DNA of 64,000 nt, from NCBI GenBank assembly GCA_001179505.1, contig CDMY01000255.1, positions 1-64,000 on the forward strand. The letters run 5' to 3'. Under the pieces are notes generated by a model. The model was given only the letters and a program-made list of their open reading frames with translations. It was not told the DNA's origin and ran no database searches. A program made the position numbers and the translations under genes. This document shows, piece by piece, positions 22,620 to 43,930 of this stretch (the first letter of the stretch is position 1; each line of letters opens with the position of its first letter). The stretch is from Vitrella brassicaformis CCMP3155. Lineage: Eukaryota; Protista; Chromerida.

Positions 22620-24160
22620 GTCAAGTACGTACGTACATATACGTGAGCAGGACACACACAGTGGCCCACTTGTCTGTGTGTCACCCACCCACACATCCAC
22701 CCACTGTCCCACCCACGCAAAACACCGCAATGTCTCAGGCGCTGACGTCCATCTCGTGCCTGTTGCTCTGCTCCTACTCCTCGCAGCATGGTGACGGGTC
22801 AAGGCCGCACAACGCCTGGAACACACACAGGAATACACAATGAACATGAGTGCTAATTGTTTGCTGTTTAATTTCTCACCCTGGAATGTACGCAGAGGGT
22901 CAGCACAGCACACATGCACACATGCGCAGGCATACACAGCGAATGCATGCGCACGTGTTTGCGTTTGCGCCTTGTCTCCACTGACCCTGGGGAGCCCATG
23001 ATCCCGCACACCCATACCACTAACATGAACCCTGTATACATTACATGAATGACACGACATGAAAGCATCGCCTCCACCCGATGAGCTGTATGCGTACCCA
23101 TGGCGAAATACACACCGCCGTAGCTGCCGAATTCCACGTTCTCATGGAACGCCGCGAATCCTGTAGCACCGACAAACCCCACGATGTGTGCGTTGGGTGA
23201 ATCGGCATCCTGCACGTACCGCCCAGAGTTGAGTAGAAGCACTGAGCAGCGTAGAACGACGGAACGGCCACATTGGCCTTTCCGGAGTTCATGGCCATAG
23301 AAAGGAACATCGCCTGACCAACCAGGTCCAGATAAACGGCCATAACAATGTGTGTGTGGTGTGTGCCAGGCAGGTGCCGACTTGAAAGAGCCCGCAAACG
23401 GGAAGTGAAAGACATGTGGCGACCGCAGGGCCCCACAGCAGGACCTCTTGCTGGACACACAGACAAACAGACAGACAGGCACTCACAAAGGACACGCATG
23501 TGATATGGGGTTGTGAGCGATACATACCTTGCCGTACAGAATGAGCTGCTTCATCAGCAGCGGTGCCTGTGAGCCGATAATGCCACCCAGGACGCCGTAC
23601 AGGAGTGCTGACACACACACAGCACGCACAGATTTGTCGCCCTACTTGTGATGGACGCTCCACCTACTGATCCAGTCTCCTGCATCGTCCTCTGGGCTGT
23701 CAGGCTGCTGCTCGACGTCGTCTTTTTCGGCATCCAGGATGGGTTCCAATTCCCGCGGCGAACTCTCCTCCCTGTTGACAGGACAATCAGTCTCTGGAGA
23801 GGTCGCGCTGATGGCTATGTCATGCACCCACCCCTGTGTGTCCTGGCCCTCATTGTGGTTCTCTCTGTCCTGGCCAAAGCAAGACCTACAGCACTGGCCA
23901 AACCACGACCTACAGCACACAACAGAGAAGGATGAATGTGTGGATCGTTTGATGCCGTGTACGCACCAGAAGGCTGCGAATCGTTCAAGCATCTGGCCAT
24001 CGATGTACCAGAGGGACACTATGCACACCCCGGCGGAGGCGACCCAAAGGAGCATGTACATCAGGTACCACCAGCTTGGAGCGGGCAGAAAGATGCTCTC
24101 TCCCAGTTCCTGACAGAACGAAGACACGCACGACGACACGCACGGAGCAGGGGCAGTGTG

Positions 24161-24197
<37 letters not shown>

Positions 24198-24199
24198 TG

Positions 24200-24230
<31 letters not shown>

Positions 24231-24775
24231 TGTGTTTTGTGTGCGCGTGTGTGAGCGGCTGCTTGCCTTCTTCTTGTGGCTGACGCTTGATCGCATCACG
24301 CCTGTGCACACGAATATCCCGAAAGCGATGATGCAGGTAGAACACCATTCCCGCCCGGTACACCGCTCCTTGTTGCAACACTGGAGAGACAAGCACCACT
24401 TCACGTGGCCGGTATGGGCGCTCACCCACCCACCCACTCACTCACCCAGGAAACGATTGCATTGATGAGGAGCGCCAGGACGGCCCAGGGGGCCAAGAGG
24501 GAGGCCGCCGCAAAGTCAAGCGCATACCAGTGGATGAAGGCTCCGCCGACTTGGACAACAAGTCCACACCACCAAATCGCATGCTCGGGCGTGCGGCCTT
24601 TCTGCATTTGCATGCCAATGCAGCCGACTGCATTGGCAGTGACGGTTAAGCCAATTCCGAGGGCGAGGTCCGTCCGGTGGGCCCAGTGGGAGAGGCACAA
24701 AGGGCCGCCTGCGCCAGCTGTGAGCCACACGAAGGCCAGAAGGACGGCGGCCTGGTGTATCTTCTGCATCTGCAT
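22620..24775 (-). CDS. NIPA/DUF803-like magnesium transporter (drug/metabolite transporter fold), multi-exon; both ends approximate
   Basis: LALGIGLTVTANAVGCIGMQMQKG...WWCGLVVQVGGAFIHWYALDFAAASLLAPWAVLALLINAI (NIPA N-terminal pattern); later AMNSGKANVAVPSFYAAQCFYSTLGG. Confidence 0.65.
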
Positions 24776-25258
24776 GGCCAAGCAGCAAGGAGAAGCGCGT
24801 CTGTGTGTGTACATGTGTGATGTGGCTGCCCTACTTGTCGCCGTAGGTCGTGGGCAGTGCTCAGCAACAGGCAGGGGCCTCGCAGGTCGTGGACTCTCCT
24901 CTGAGGCTCTCAGATCTAACCTCAGATCTCCCGTCGATGAGAGGGATATGCCGGAGGCGTGCGTGTGCAGCAGAGTGTGGCACTCAGTGTGCAGACGATG
25001 CTGCAGGGAACCACAGCGCTGCCACTCTCACTCAATACGCGGAGAGTGGAAAAAGTGGGAAAGCACGCTGCACGGCGGCACTGGCAACTCAGACGAGAGA
25101 CTCTGAATCCCCGGCTAACGTTTTGTATTTTGTCATTTTGCGTCTAATTTGTCGTGAGGGCCCGTTCATGACAAGCACGGACATGCATGCGTGAATGTGT
25201 CGTTCACGAAGTACACACGGAGACGGCGGGGCTGTGCTTCAGTTGCCAGTGCGTTCTC

Positions 25259-29686
<4,428 letters not shown>

Positions 29687-29838
29687 TGCGATGAATCAAC
29701 TTGCCGCGCGATCCAGAAGGTTTGCGAGCTTAGATGACCCAATCTTTCTGCGTAGCTTTCCGCTTCTCGGGAGGGTGATTGATGCGCACGACGTGACGCA
29801 CAGCACTTCACACATCTCGAGCAAACACGTTGCCACAC

Positions 29839-33399
<3,561 letters not shown>

Positions 33400-34916
33400 G
33401 GGATGGCACAGGGGGCCGGCCAGACACTGCGCTGATCGATCGGATCGGTTCACGTCTTTTTCATACGGTTTGCTGTTGACGAAGGAAGCAAGCCGACATC
33501 TGTGCCATACACACATACATACATACATAAACACATGAACTGGACGGTCGATTTTTCCCCATTTGTTGTCGTTCGTGCATGGCGGCCCAAATCCTATGTC
33601 TCTCGTCAACACACGCGACACGAATACACACATACACGGTTGCATCGCATCCATCCATACGTATGGCTTTTTGTATCCGCCTTTCTGGACATGAACCAAC
33701 GAGTGTGCTTCTTCTTTTTCGGGTGCCATGGCCGTGTTTATTAAGTGCATGGTAGTGGTGGGTAGCTGGTGGGCGAGATCTTTATCTGTGTGGATGTGAA
33801 CGTGGGCTTACTCTATCCGTCACCATGTCATGTGGTCTGTGTAAGGGGTGGTCAACGGATGTGGTTAATGGTGGGAACGCGCCACTTTCTCAACAGCAAA
33901 GTGGGGCGCTCGGTTCACATAGAGAGGAAGATAGCAAGGCCGCAACAGCATTGGAAAGACCCGCTCGCAAAACAAGTAGCATCGCGTGCTGTGCTGTGCA
34001 GGTGCAGCCCCAATGCTACTTAGCGAGCGCGTATTTGCGATGCTGTTGCGGCCTTGCAAGACGCGACCTTGACGGATGACTGCATTCGAGGGAGGCACAG
34101 CGGGGCGGGATGGTGCGTGGCTGAATGATCATACCACGAATGCATTTATCTGTTAGCCAGCCGTGTGCGAACTCCTCCGTACGTATTTTTCTCGGTGTGC
34201 GAACTCGCGATCGCGTGTGGTGGTGGTGGTGGTGGTGGTGGGGCTTCTCATTTTTCCTGGCCGCCGTTGGTCTCTCGTGAGAGTCACCGACATCCACCCG
34301 CAGCTGCTATTGTCATGGGATCTGCGGGGAGGTGTTGGCGGCACCCGTAAGAGCCGAAGGGCGGAAGCAAGGGAAAGAACGATGAATGGATGGATGGATG
34401 GATGACGAGCCAAGAGACCGAAGCGATTTTTTCCTTCACTGTTGGCCAGGCTGGCTGGCCTGTGTGCTGTGTGCTGTATTGTGCGGTGGAGAGCCAGCAA
34501 GCGGATCGATGACATGGATGAATGGATGTAAGATGGCAGTTTTTTGTTGTCGTGTATGGCCAATCGGCAGGCTGGTCCGCAGGGGTCTCATAGTGGAGCC
34601 CCCCCCCTTGCGACTACTAAACTGCTGGTTGTTTGTACACGTTGGTTTGGGTTGCAATTGTTTTCTGGGCTCACCTGCACATGAGCGTGCCTTGGTTTCT
34701 TGTAAGTCGGATCTGTGCGCACCGGCCGGGGACAAAGAAGTGACTTTCATCCTTACATCCCTACAGTGCGTAGCGTCAGGCAGGACACTCATACCATGGC
34801 ATGCACGAGGACCCACTCACGGTACGATCGTATACAACAATAACATGGTTGCAGTGTGCACTGCACTCAGCAAGAAAGCAAACTGCACACCAGAGCCTTC
34901 AGCCCAGCCCGCCCAG

Positions 34917-37499
34917 TCAGCTGTTCACCGCCACTATCCCGTTGTCGATGGCACGGAAATACCCGAAGAACGCCTGCATCCATCCATCCATCCACACCGC
35001 AGTGTATCATCCGTCAGCCGTCCACTCGGTCGGTCGGTTACTTTGAAGAGGTTGAGGTAGTGTGTGATGTCGTCGGCGCCGCACGTCTCGCGACACGAAT
35101 GCATCGCCCACTGCGGGATACCCACGTCGATCGCACGGATGCCTGAATCAAAACAGACAGACAGACAGGGAGAGAATGCATATGCATGGCTCAGCCGCCC
35201 CACCCACCCACTGACCCAGTTTGGCAGAGAGCATGGGCCCGACAGTGCTGCCGCAGGGCGAGTCGTTCTTGACCACAAAGTCCTGCACGCACGCAACATA
35301 CCCACAGCAAAAAGCAACAGCTGTTTCGCACTAGAAGACAGAGCGTCATCTGGTTGGTACGTACCTGCATGGGGACGTTGCCGCATCGGCAGATTTCTCT
35401 GAATATGGCCGAGGTGAGTGCGTGGGTGGTGTAGCGCTGGTTGATGTTCTCCTTCAACACAACACCCTGAACACACAGAGACAGGTTTGGCCAACACGCA
35501 TGCGCACGCAAAACCAGGCTGTGCGGGTACCTTTTGCAGCAGTGGTTTGTGCTGCGGCTGGTGTTTGTCGGCGTAGTTGGGATGCACACCATGAGCCATG
35601 TCCTGCCGTACACACCCATGCACGTATGCGCGTGTGCGTATGTGTGTATGTGTCTTGGGTGTCTTACGGCGCTCATGAGGAATGATCTGGCAATGACTTC
35701 CGCCAGTCTGTCCTCCATCTTGAGCCCACGCAGAATGCGAACAATCCACGTCTGCCATCCATCCATCCATCCAACCAACCAAGGCCCGTCATACACACAC
35801 ACGGACAAGAGGTGCCTCCATTGCTCACCTCCATGGCGGCTGAGTCGGCTCCAGCCCACGTCGTCGAACCGATCTGACCAACCACACAGAGGCGAGTCGG
35901 CATGAGTCCACACATGGATGTGCTGCAGCAGTGCCCGCCCTTCTACCTCTTCGTGGTCGAATGCGACGGCCACCCAGATGTCCTGGTGGCACGCGGGATC
36001 CGCATGGCTGTGGCACCCCTCACACAAATCCATCAACGCCTGAATGGAACACAACAAGCTAATCAAATCGCGGCAGCAGTTCCCGGCTGCAGCAGACGTA
36101 CGTACCTTGATTGCTGCCCATGACGACACGAGGTTGTCGAGGCGGGGCGACTCCAGAAACTCGTCGTACACTCCACACAAACGACTCGGCTGATCCGAGT
36201 ATACCCGTCAGTCACCCGCACACGGATGGAGAGATACACATCGACCAACCACTCGATCCCAACTTACCGTCGCGTCCATGAGGCAGAGGTCCAGGTCCAC
36301 AATCTCCTCAGGCTGGCAGCCGAGCTCCCCCGCCAGCAGGGACAGCAGGGGTGCATGGTGCCGACCGTTCTTGCCGGTCTTGTCATTGTTCTTCTTGTCG
36401 TTCTTGTCTGGTGGCGGCTCGACCAGCTGCTCGCGGACCTTGCTGCACAGAATGGGCATCAAGTGGTTCTCCTGCAAAGCCACACAGAGGGGGAAAGAGA
36501 TATGTGTGTTGCTTTAGAGGTGTGAGGGCATGTCTGTGACCTACTCGGTGGACTTTGAATGCGTCTCTCTCCTCTGCTGTGCGGAGGTGAATCGCCAGGT
36601 TGGGCAAGATGCACACCGAACTGCAAGCACCAACATCAGAAAATGAGCAAGAGCGTCCGCATCGACGAATCAAGGTCGATCCATCATACCGGTCGATGCG
36701 GACGAAATGGATCTCCAGCCGCTCCTGGGTGCTTTGAGGAGCTGCAATGGAAATACGTAGAATGATCTAGCGCTGCGAACATGATCTGAATACCTGCCTG
36801 CCTACCTTTGCGTCTGACCATGACCTTGCCCGCGAGTCCCAGCCCCCGGTCGAACCACGTGTGCCACAAACCGCCACCGTAACACTCAACGCCTATCTGT
36901 ATTGTATGACACGACACACACGGGCACAAACACACAGGTCCCATCTTGCACAGAACGACCGTCTCGCCTCCCAATCTGTCTGCCCGCCCCACTAGGTCAC
37001 CCGACCTGCAGGTATCCCTCCTTCTCGACTGTCGTGTTGGGCCTCAGCCGCAGGCAGGGCGAGTCGGTGTGGCCAGCGATGATGTCGATGCCGCCATGAC
37101 CCGTGACGAACTCACTACCTGGAATACACATGAACACCTACATTGATTGCTGAGTCCGTGTGCTCGTCTGTCTGTCTGTCTGTCTGTCTGTCTGTGCGTG
37201 TGCAGTGCACCGATATGGAAGGCAGCGATGGCCGAGTGGTTTCTGATCACGAAGTAGTTGCCGCCTGGCGCCACATCCCAACCAGATCTGCTTACCATGC
37301 CATGACAACAGCGTCGTGATCTGGCTGCAGAGCCACACCTTTGTCTGTCATCTGCGTACCGTTCGTCGAGTTCCCTGAATCCCTTGGCCAGCAGGAGGGC
37401 CTTGAGCGACGACACGCTGTGGTAGGGGCTGCCCGTCGTGTTGACGTACTTCAGGAACTCATGCGCTGGTGCATTGTCGACCGCCTCAGCCTTCGCCAT
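34917..37499 (-). CDS. DNPEP: M18 aspartyl aminopeptidase
   Basis: [60 protein letters not shown]|[37 protein letters not shown]. Confidence 0.93.
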
Positions 37500-37784
37500 T
37501 CTGGTCTGCTCTCCTCCTTGCCCCCGTCGACTGCGAGCTAACAGAGGGAGGGAAGGGGAAATGAGTCGACGGTGGAGAACGAAGGTATGTAATGACTCCA
37601 CAGATGTACCTGCTCTTTGCCTGGGCAGCGACGTCTGCCAGATCTTTCCATCAGCATCGTCAGCTGTGCTTCATCAATCTGTCCTGTTCCTCCTGGCTTT
37701 GCGCAGGAGGCTTCTGAGGCAGCTGCCGCCGTGACAGGACAAGAAGAGCCGCCGGCAGCACACGAGAGTGCAAGACGGGCGGAC

Positions 37785-38740
37785 ATGCGGCATATATTCA
37801 TCACTGGCCAGCCTGGCACTGGTGAGTCAGGGGCAGACAGCAGCATTCACGGTGCATTGAAGTACGTCATTTGTGTGGCTGTACGTGTTGTTCGATGCAG
37901 GCAAGACGACCATGGTGCAGCGCTGCTGGCAGCGCCTGATCGACGAGCAAGTCGTCTCGCCTTCCTTTGTGCGAGGGTTCTTCACTGAGGAGTGCAGGCA
38001 GGGCGGCACGCGAATCGGCTTCGATGTCGTCACGGCTGACGCAAGACGAGCGCCCCTCGCAAGACTGGGCAATACCAAACCGACCGTCGGCAAATACTGT
38101 AAGTGAACACGGGCAGAATGATGCTGACTCAACAAGACATGTGTGCCTGTGTGCCTGTGTGTCTGCTGCAGCTGTTGATGTGGGCAGCTTCGAGGCGCTG
38201 GCGCTGCCCGAGTTGGAGTCCGTCACCTCTCTGACGGGTGTGTCAGCAGAAGCACCCACGCTGCTGGTAGGCCAGGCCACGTCAGCGAACACCCCATATA
38301 CGGTTTGCATCCCTCCCATGCACACCAGTGTTTTTGTGTGGGTCAGCTGTTGGATGAGATAGGCAAAATGGAGCTGCACTCGTCGCTGTTTTGGCCGGCT
38401 GTGAAGACAGCGCTCGACTCGTCGGTACCTACACTTGGCACCGTGCCCATGCCACGATACGGACACACCATCGCAGAGGTGGGCGGCAAGAGCACGACAC
38501 ACCAGTGTTAGGAGAATCACACGCCAATGGCTCTTCCCTCTGTCAGGTTGAGTCTGTCAAGAGCCGTGACGACGTCGTGCTATACAAACTGACCAAAGAG
38601 AACCGGTAGGCCGGCGGCTGATGTGTGAGTTGTTGCCTGACAGCATTCTCTTTGCTGTTTGGTTGCTGGCTGTATGTAGGGATGCAATGTTTGACGAGAT
38701 CTACGAGATGGTCAAGAGTCAGATTGTGGCGACCAAGTAA
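37785..38740 (+). CDS. NTPCR: NTPCR/THEP1-type nucleoside triphosphatase (possible N-terminal extension upstream)
   Basis: HIFITGQPGT|GKTT Walker A, GFFTEECRQGGTRIGFDVV, VGKY|VDVGSFEALALP, DEIGKMEL. Confidence 0.85.
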
Positions 38741-38944
38741 TACTGATGCGCGGTGCAAATGGAAGGTGTGTGTAGAAGCCTTCCCTGCGTGGCTCTGTAC
38801 ATAGTGAGGGAGGGAGTGCATCCGACGCTTGGAAGGACGTATGTATTTGTCGCACAGATGGATTGAAGGAATAGTGTGGCACAATACCATCAGTAATGAG
38901 ATGCTGGCTACTCACAGTCGACTGCCACACACTCATTCCAATCA

Positions 38945-40227
38945 TCAGTCGTCATCGTCAAAGAACACATGCGACCGCTGTGGCTGACTCGTGGCCTCGT
39001 CTTTCATTGCCGCCTGCCCTTGCCCACCTCCCCCATGCCCATCTTTTCTCTCAACACCTCTGCCCCTCCCTCTCCCCCTCTCGCCCCTCTGCCTCCCGCC
39101 GCCCCTCACATTCACACCGCTGTCATGGCGTCCCTTCCCCGGCACTGACTCTCGGGCAATCCCCCTCCCCCGTGCTGCGCCCCGGCCCCTCACATGGCCC
39201 CGGTAACCTCGCATTGTGTCGCCTCTGTCGGGCCGGCCATCGTCAGCCGCTTTCTCGGCACCAGGGACAGCAAAAAAGTCGTCATCATCCAGATCTGAAG
39301 CGATATGCAGCGACTGGTGCAAATGTGCAGACATTTGCATAATCTCACCGTCCTGTTGATCTGGCTGGTCGAGCTTGGCGCGACGTTTCACCAACTGGAA
39401 GGAACACATGGCTTCCACATTCGGGTTTGCCCCCATGGTCAAGTGCCTACCCGGCTGCGTATCTGCTGCCTTATCTCTGCCCGCTTCTTGACGATCTCCT
39501 CAGTGGGACCCTCCATTGGGGCAAAGAGGGCTATGTAGGGCTTGTCTAGGGGATAGTGCTGCACACAAGGACGTCAGCAGAGTACATGACTGGAGGAAAC
39601 ACAGACAAACTGGCAGGGGTGGAGGGCCCTCACCTTTATGTATTGGAGGTCGTCTTCGTGCTTGGCCAGCTGCTGCCGCAAGGCATCGATTTGCGCCGGG
39701 AGGTCTTCACCGTCGTGATCCTCTGCCTGGTCCCCTCGTTGCAGTAGCTCAGCCAGCTGCTTGCGGCACTTCTTCAGCTGACGCTGCACCTTCACCTCCT
39801 CTACGAACCCCCCCACACACACATACACATACATGGATCAACATGGAGGTTTGTTGCTCGCGTGTTCTGTCTGACCGACGAATCTGATGCGCTTGTAGAA
39901 CTTTTGTCTGCTCTCGAAGAACTTGCTGCGCTTGGCCTGCTTCTTCAGGGACTGAATGCGGCCCTCCAACCTCTCTCGCTGCTCGGCTGGCAGATCCTGC
40001 AAACGAAGATGACCGAAACGCAACGAATGGACGCACAAGGGCATCTGTTTGCTCACCTTTGTCCTCTCCAGCACTCTTTGGATGTCCTGTATCCTCTCCT
40101 CAGGGGACTTGCGAGATCTGTCGATGTGCGATGAGTCAGCATCATCCCGAGGGCCGCTTTTCATGATGGAAAGTCCTCTGTGGGCCACTGTCGATGGCTT
40201 GCGAGTATCAGCGTGGCTTTTCTTCAT
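38945..40227 (-). CDS. EFG1: rRNA-processing protein Efg1-like (DUF2361)
   Basis: ERIQDIQRVLER|DLPAEQRERLEG..SLKKQ...KFYKRIRF|EEVKVQRQLKK...HEDDLQYI|PLDKPYIALF; DDDDFF acidic tail; matches the recalled Efg1 motif order. Confidence 0.7.
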
Positions 40228-40294
40228 CCTTCAGATGTTTGAGCTCGCCGGCGCGATCGTCGGCCGTTGACCGTTGGATTCTACTGGCCGCAAG

Positions 40295-41335
40295 ATGGGC
40301 CAAGGAAGCAGCGCCGCTGTTGTGCCGTTCGTCAACACGAACGTACCGCCACCTGAACTTGTAAGCGGGAGAAATATGCGTTTGTGTGCATTGAGTTTTT
40401 GTCTTGGTGTGTTGGTGCAGGTGGAGCGTGCCTGTATTCTGTCGGCCTTCGACACCCCCGAGGTGCTGTGGCTATGGCAGCAGTACTGCAGGCTGGACAC
40501 GGTACGCATCTCTCTCGCACGTTGTGTGTGTTGTACATGCGTGTTCGTTTGTGTGATTGGCTGCAGGACGAGGATGGTGTCTTGAGCTGCGAGGAGCTGC
40601 TGGAGCTGCCTGCTCTCAAACACCAGCCATTGAGGGAGCGTCTTCCGTATGCGCTCGGGCTCAACACAACAAAGGTATGAATTGCGCAGGTGTGTCTATC
40701 GGTCGCTTGGTGCATGTCTGTTCCACCCGGTCCGTAGCAATATGACTTTCCGGCCTTTGTGGCCGCTCTTTCGCCCTTCAATCCACGAGTAAGAGACACG
40801 TGCGTACTTGCAGGAGGGATGCATCTTCTCTACAAGTATCGGGTGTTTGTGTGCAGTCGAGCCTTGACGACAAGACACGGCTCCTCTTTCGGCTGTACGA
40901 CTCCGACCAGGACGGCCGCATCACGAAGAAGGACCTCAGGTCTACCATGAAGCTGGTCCTCAAGAGCGGGGGCGAAGACACACTCAGCGAAGAACAGTTT
41001 GAGGAATGCCTCGACCTCACCCTGACGTAAGCATGCAGCCAGCAACGACCAGTGTCTCTTACACGATACCAGCTGCGTTCCCTCGTTCTGTCCCGTGTTG
41101 CAGAGAGCTTGGCCTTCCGACCGATGAGCCGGCCGACGAGAAACAGGCAGAAAAGGACAAGGTCGCACTCGGCGACATTGGTGCGCCGAGCGAGGCTGAG
41201 CAGGAGACAGCTGTCGGGGAGATAGAAGTGAGTAGGAGGGGTAGCAGTTTGCAGGCGGGCATCACCTATGAGATGTTTGCTGGGTGTGTCGGAACCACCA
41301 ACCTCGGACCCAAGCTCTCTTTCTTCATCACGTAG
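40295..41335 (+). CDS. N-myristoylated calcineurin-B-like EF-hand protein, multi-exon
   Basis: MGQGSS N-terminus; LDT|DEDGVLSCEELL; FPAFVAALSPF; DDKTRLLFRLYDSDQDGRITKKDL. Confidence 0.75.
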
Positions 41336-41619
41336 AGACGCGCTATGAGAAGAACATGTGTCGCTATGAGTCTCCGCGGTTGTGTCTGCGACACAGTCTT
41401 GATCGCTCGATTCACTGAATCGGTGTGTATTGAACGGTTTGCACGATGCATGAAGACACCACTACAGAGATTGAAACGTTTAGTCGGTCGGTCACAGTGT
41501 GTCTCTCGCTCCCTTACAACCAAAATAGAATGCAGGCAACGAGTGGAGGACAGCTAGTCAGCCAGTTTGACGAGGTGACTTCCTTCCAGCCAACCCCCAC
41601 AACCCGAACCAGAAGCCGC

Positions 41620-42450
41620 TCACGCAACGCATCCAGCAGGCGCCTTCACCCTCCACACCTCGTCCTTCCCGTCATGGTACCACCCCTCCTCGTGGAGGGA
41701 GACGGGAGGCCACCTCGCTGAGTAGGTTGCACGTGGCCTCAAGCACCGGCAGCAGCTGGCAGAACGGGTCAACCGCCGCCTGCAGGGCCATCTCACACAC
41801 ACTCCCCTGATGGAAAACGACCCACAGACAGACACACAACATCATTCATGTCGAGGAGATGGCATCAGTAGCTACTACCCACTTCCGCTCACTCACCTTG
41901 TTTGCTACCGCTTTCAGTTGGTCCACCTCTTTGTCCATCTTATTCGCTATCAAACGCCACAGGTCAGCCGGGTTGACCTCCTTGAGCACTGCAAGCGACT
42001 TGTCAACACTCTGCACACACCACACAACACCAGACGCCATATACACAACGATTCGATGGATGGATGGATGGATGGATGGGTACAAGACACAGTCAGCACC
42101 TACCGTGAGTTCTTTGAGTTGTATGATTTTGTGGAGGGGCGGCTGCTCGTAGCCACCGAGAGGATCGAGCTTCAACACCGAGGAGCCCATGCTGTTGTGG
42201 CGCCCCTCGACGCGCTCTTTCGTCTTGCGGCAAATCTCGGGCAGAGCACCACTGGCAGACATACAGACAGACAGATGGATGGATGGATGGATGGACGCCG
42301 GTGCCACTCCTCACGAGCCGGATCGGCGGCACCATGACATGGGGCGGCAGGGGGAAGTGGCGTGGTGCTGGTGCTGGGAGGGGCACGAACGGGGGCGGGA
42401 CGTGGGGCGGGGGATGAACGCGATGGGGAGGGCCCCCACGCCCCGCACCA
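41620..42450 (-). CDS. Hypothetical spliced ORF fragments; the 5' Pro-rich part is paralogous to 58720-59000
   Basis: Exons MVPPIRL, SASGALPEICRKTKERVEG...KIIQLKELT, SVDKSLAVLKEVNPADLWRLIANKMDKEVDQLKAVANK separated by GT-AG CCAT-rich introns. Confidence 0.4.
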
Positions 42451-42908
42451 CATGCTGCAGGTAGGGCATACCTGGCTGATGTGCGGATCAGAGCATCGCC
42501 ATCATGCCAAGCCTGCAGTCACACACACAGCAAAGATACCCGCTCGGAACCCACTCGACGTGTGCGTCCTACCTTCTCGATGGTGTGTGCGGAGACACGA
42601 GGGAAATATGCCGGCAGATATAAAATGTAGGCAACGATCCTGAGACCTGACACCGACACACGGCACCCGTGTGTCCAATTCATCTGCCTTGTCTGCTCGC
42701 AAGATTGCGTTGCAGGTACCTGTGTCTCACTCCGGCTGCTTGAAGTGCTGGAAATGCGACTTCAGGGCCTCACGCACACTGCCAATAAGCCTTTCTCCCG
42801 GGGCGCGCTATCATCACTTGGTGGGGGCGGGAATGACGGGACGGCCAGCAGGTGGCTGCCGACAGCCGGCTCAGCAGCAGGTGACGCTTATGCAGCACAC
42901 GAGGAAAT

Positions 42909-43930
42909 TTAGCAGCATGTCGACACGGATGCGATGATGTCCCCCAGCGCCGCCCTCGCCCCCTCCTCCGGACTCATTCCCTCCTCTATCAGCAGCTTGG
43001 CCATCGTGAGATCCTTCACGGCCTCCATGCTTCCTGCCTCGCCAAGCGCTTGCTCCCATTGCAGGCGCCTCTGAACAGCACCCAGCAGCCACTTGTGGCG
43101 GTCGGCCGGGCCGCTCCCAGAGAGCGCCTGCAGGGAAGCGAGGGCGTTGTCCCCTCCGAGCGTCGCCGTCCTCATGGCCTTTGTCTCCCTCACCACCTCA
43201 TCGGCGAAGTGTCTGTCGTAGAGTGCCTGGCCGTCTCTGCTCTCGACAAAAAACGCCCCCGCCTCCCCGTAGATCTCTGTGTTGGCGCTGCTGCCGTCGG
43301 GGTGGTCCATATGAGGGGCGATCAGCAGGGCAGCCGACAGTGAGCAGACGGGGCCCTCGCTGAATGGCAGGCGGAGGGCGGGGGTTGTCGCCACGGTCGT
43401 GCTGCTGGTGGTGGCGGTGCGGCTGATGACGGCCTCGATGGTGGCTGCGACCTTTCTGAGGGCAGTAGGGTCGGCGTGCGGGCCCGGCACTGGGGCGAGG
43501 TCGACGTCACGTGGCGTCGACGGCAGGGAGAAAAGCGGCTGCTGTGTCTCCGACCGGCGCCTTGCCATCTCAAAGTCAATCCACTGGTCCCGGAGCCGTA
43601 CTCGATAATGGGTGCGGAGACACGATGGAAACAGCCGGCAGATATAAAATGGAGGCGACGATCTTGAGACCTGACACCGACACACGGCACCCGTGTGTCC
43701 AATTCATCTGCCCTGCTGGAAAGATGCGTTGCAGGTACCTGTGTCTTACTGCGGGGTGATGTCGCAGGCCGTTGACCATGATCTCTTGGCCGTTGGCGTC
43801 GCCGTGCACCCACCCCGCCCCGTGAATGGCAGCCAGCGATGACAGCACAGAGACGACGAGCCGCCGGTACGCGTCGGGAGGCAGCTGCAGACGCTCGAGG
43901 GTCTGGCTGATCCGCTGCAGCCGACGTCTG
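42909..43930 (-). pseudogene. Atypical protein kinase C-lobe duplicate (copy K2), interrupted by an ILY cassette
   Basis: LSSLAAIHGAGWVHGDANGQEIMV, then an inserted intron plus IVASILYL exon, then QWIDFEMARRR...CSLSAALLIAPHMDHPDG; frames are discontinuous. Confidence 0.7.

Noticed and set aside
24160-24250. (CT)n/(GT)n and other microsatellites as functional repeats
   Set aside because: Ubiquitous intronic simple repeats upstream of acceptor sites in this genome.
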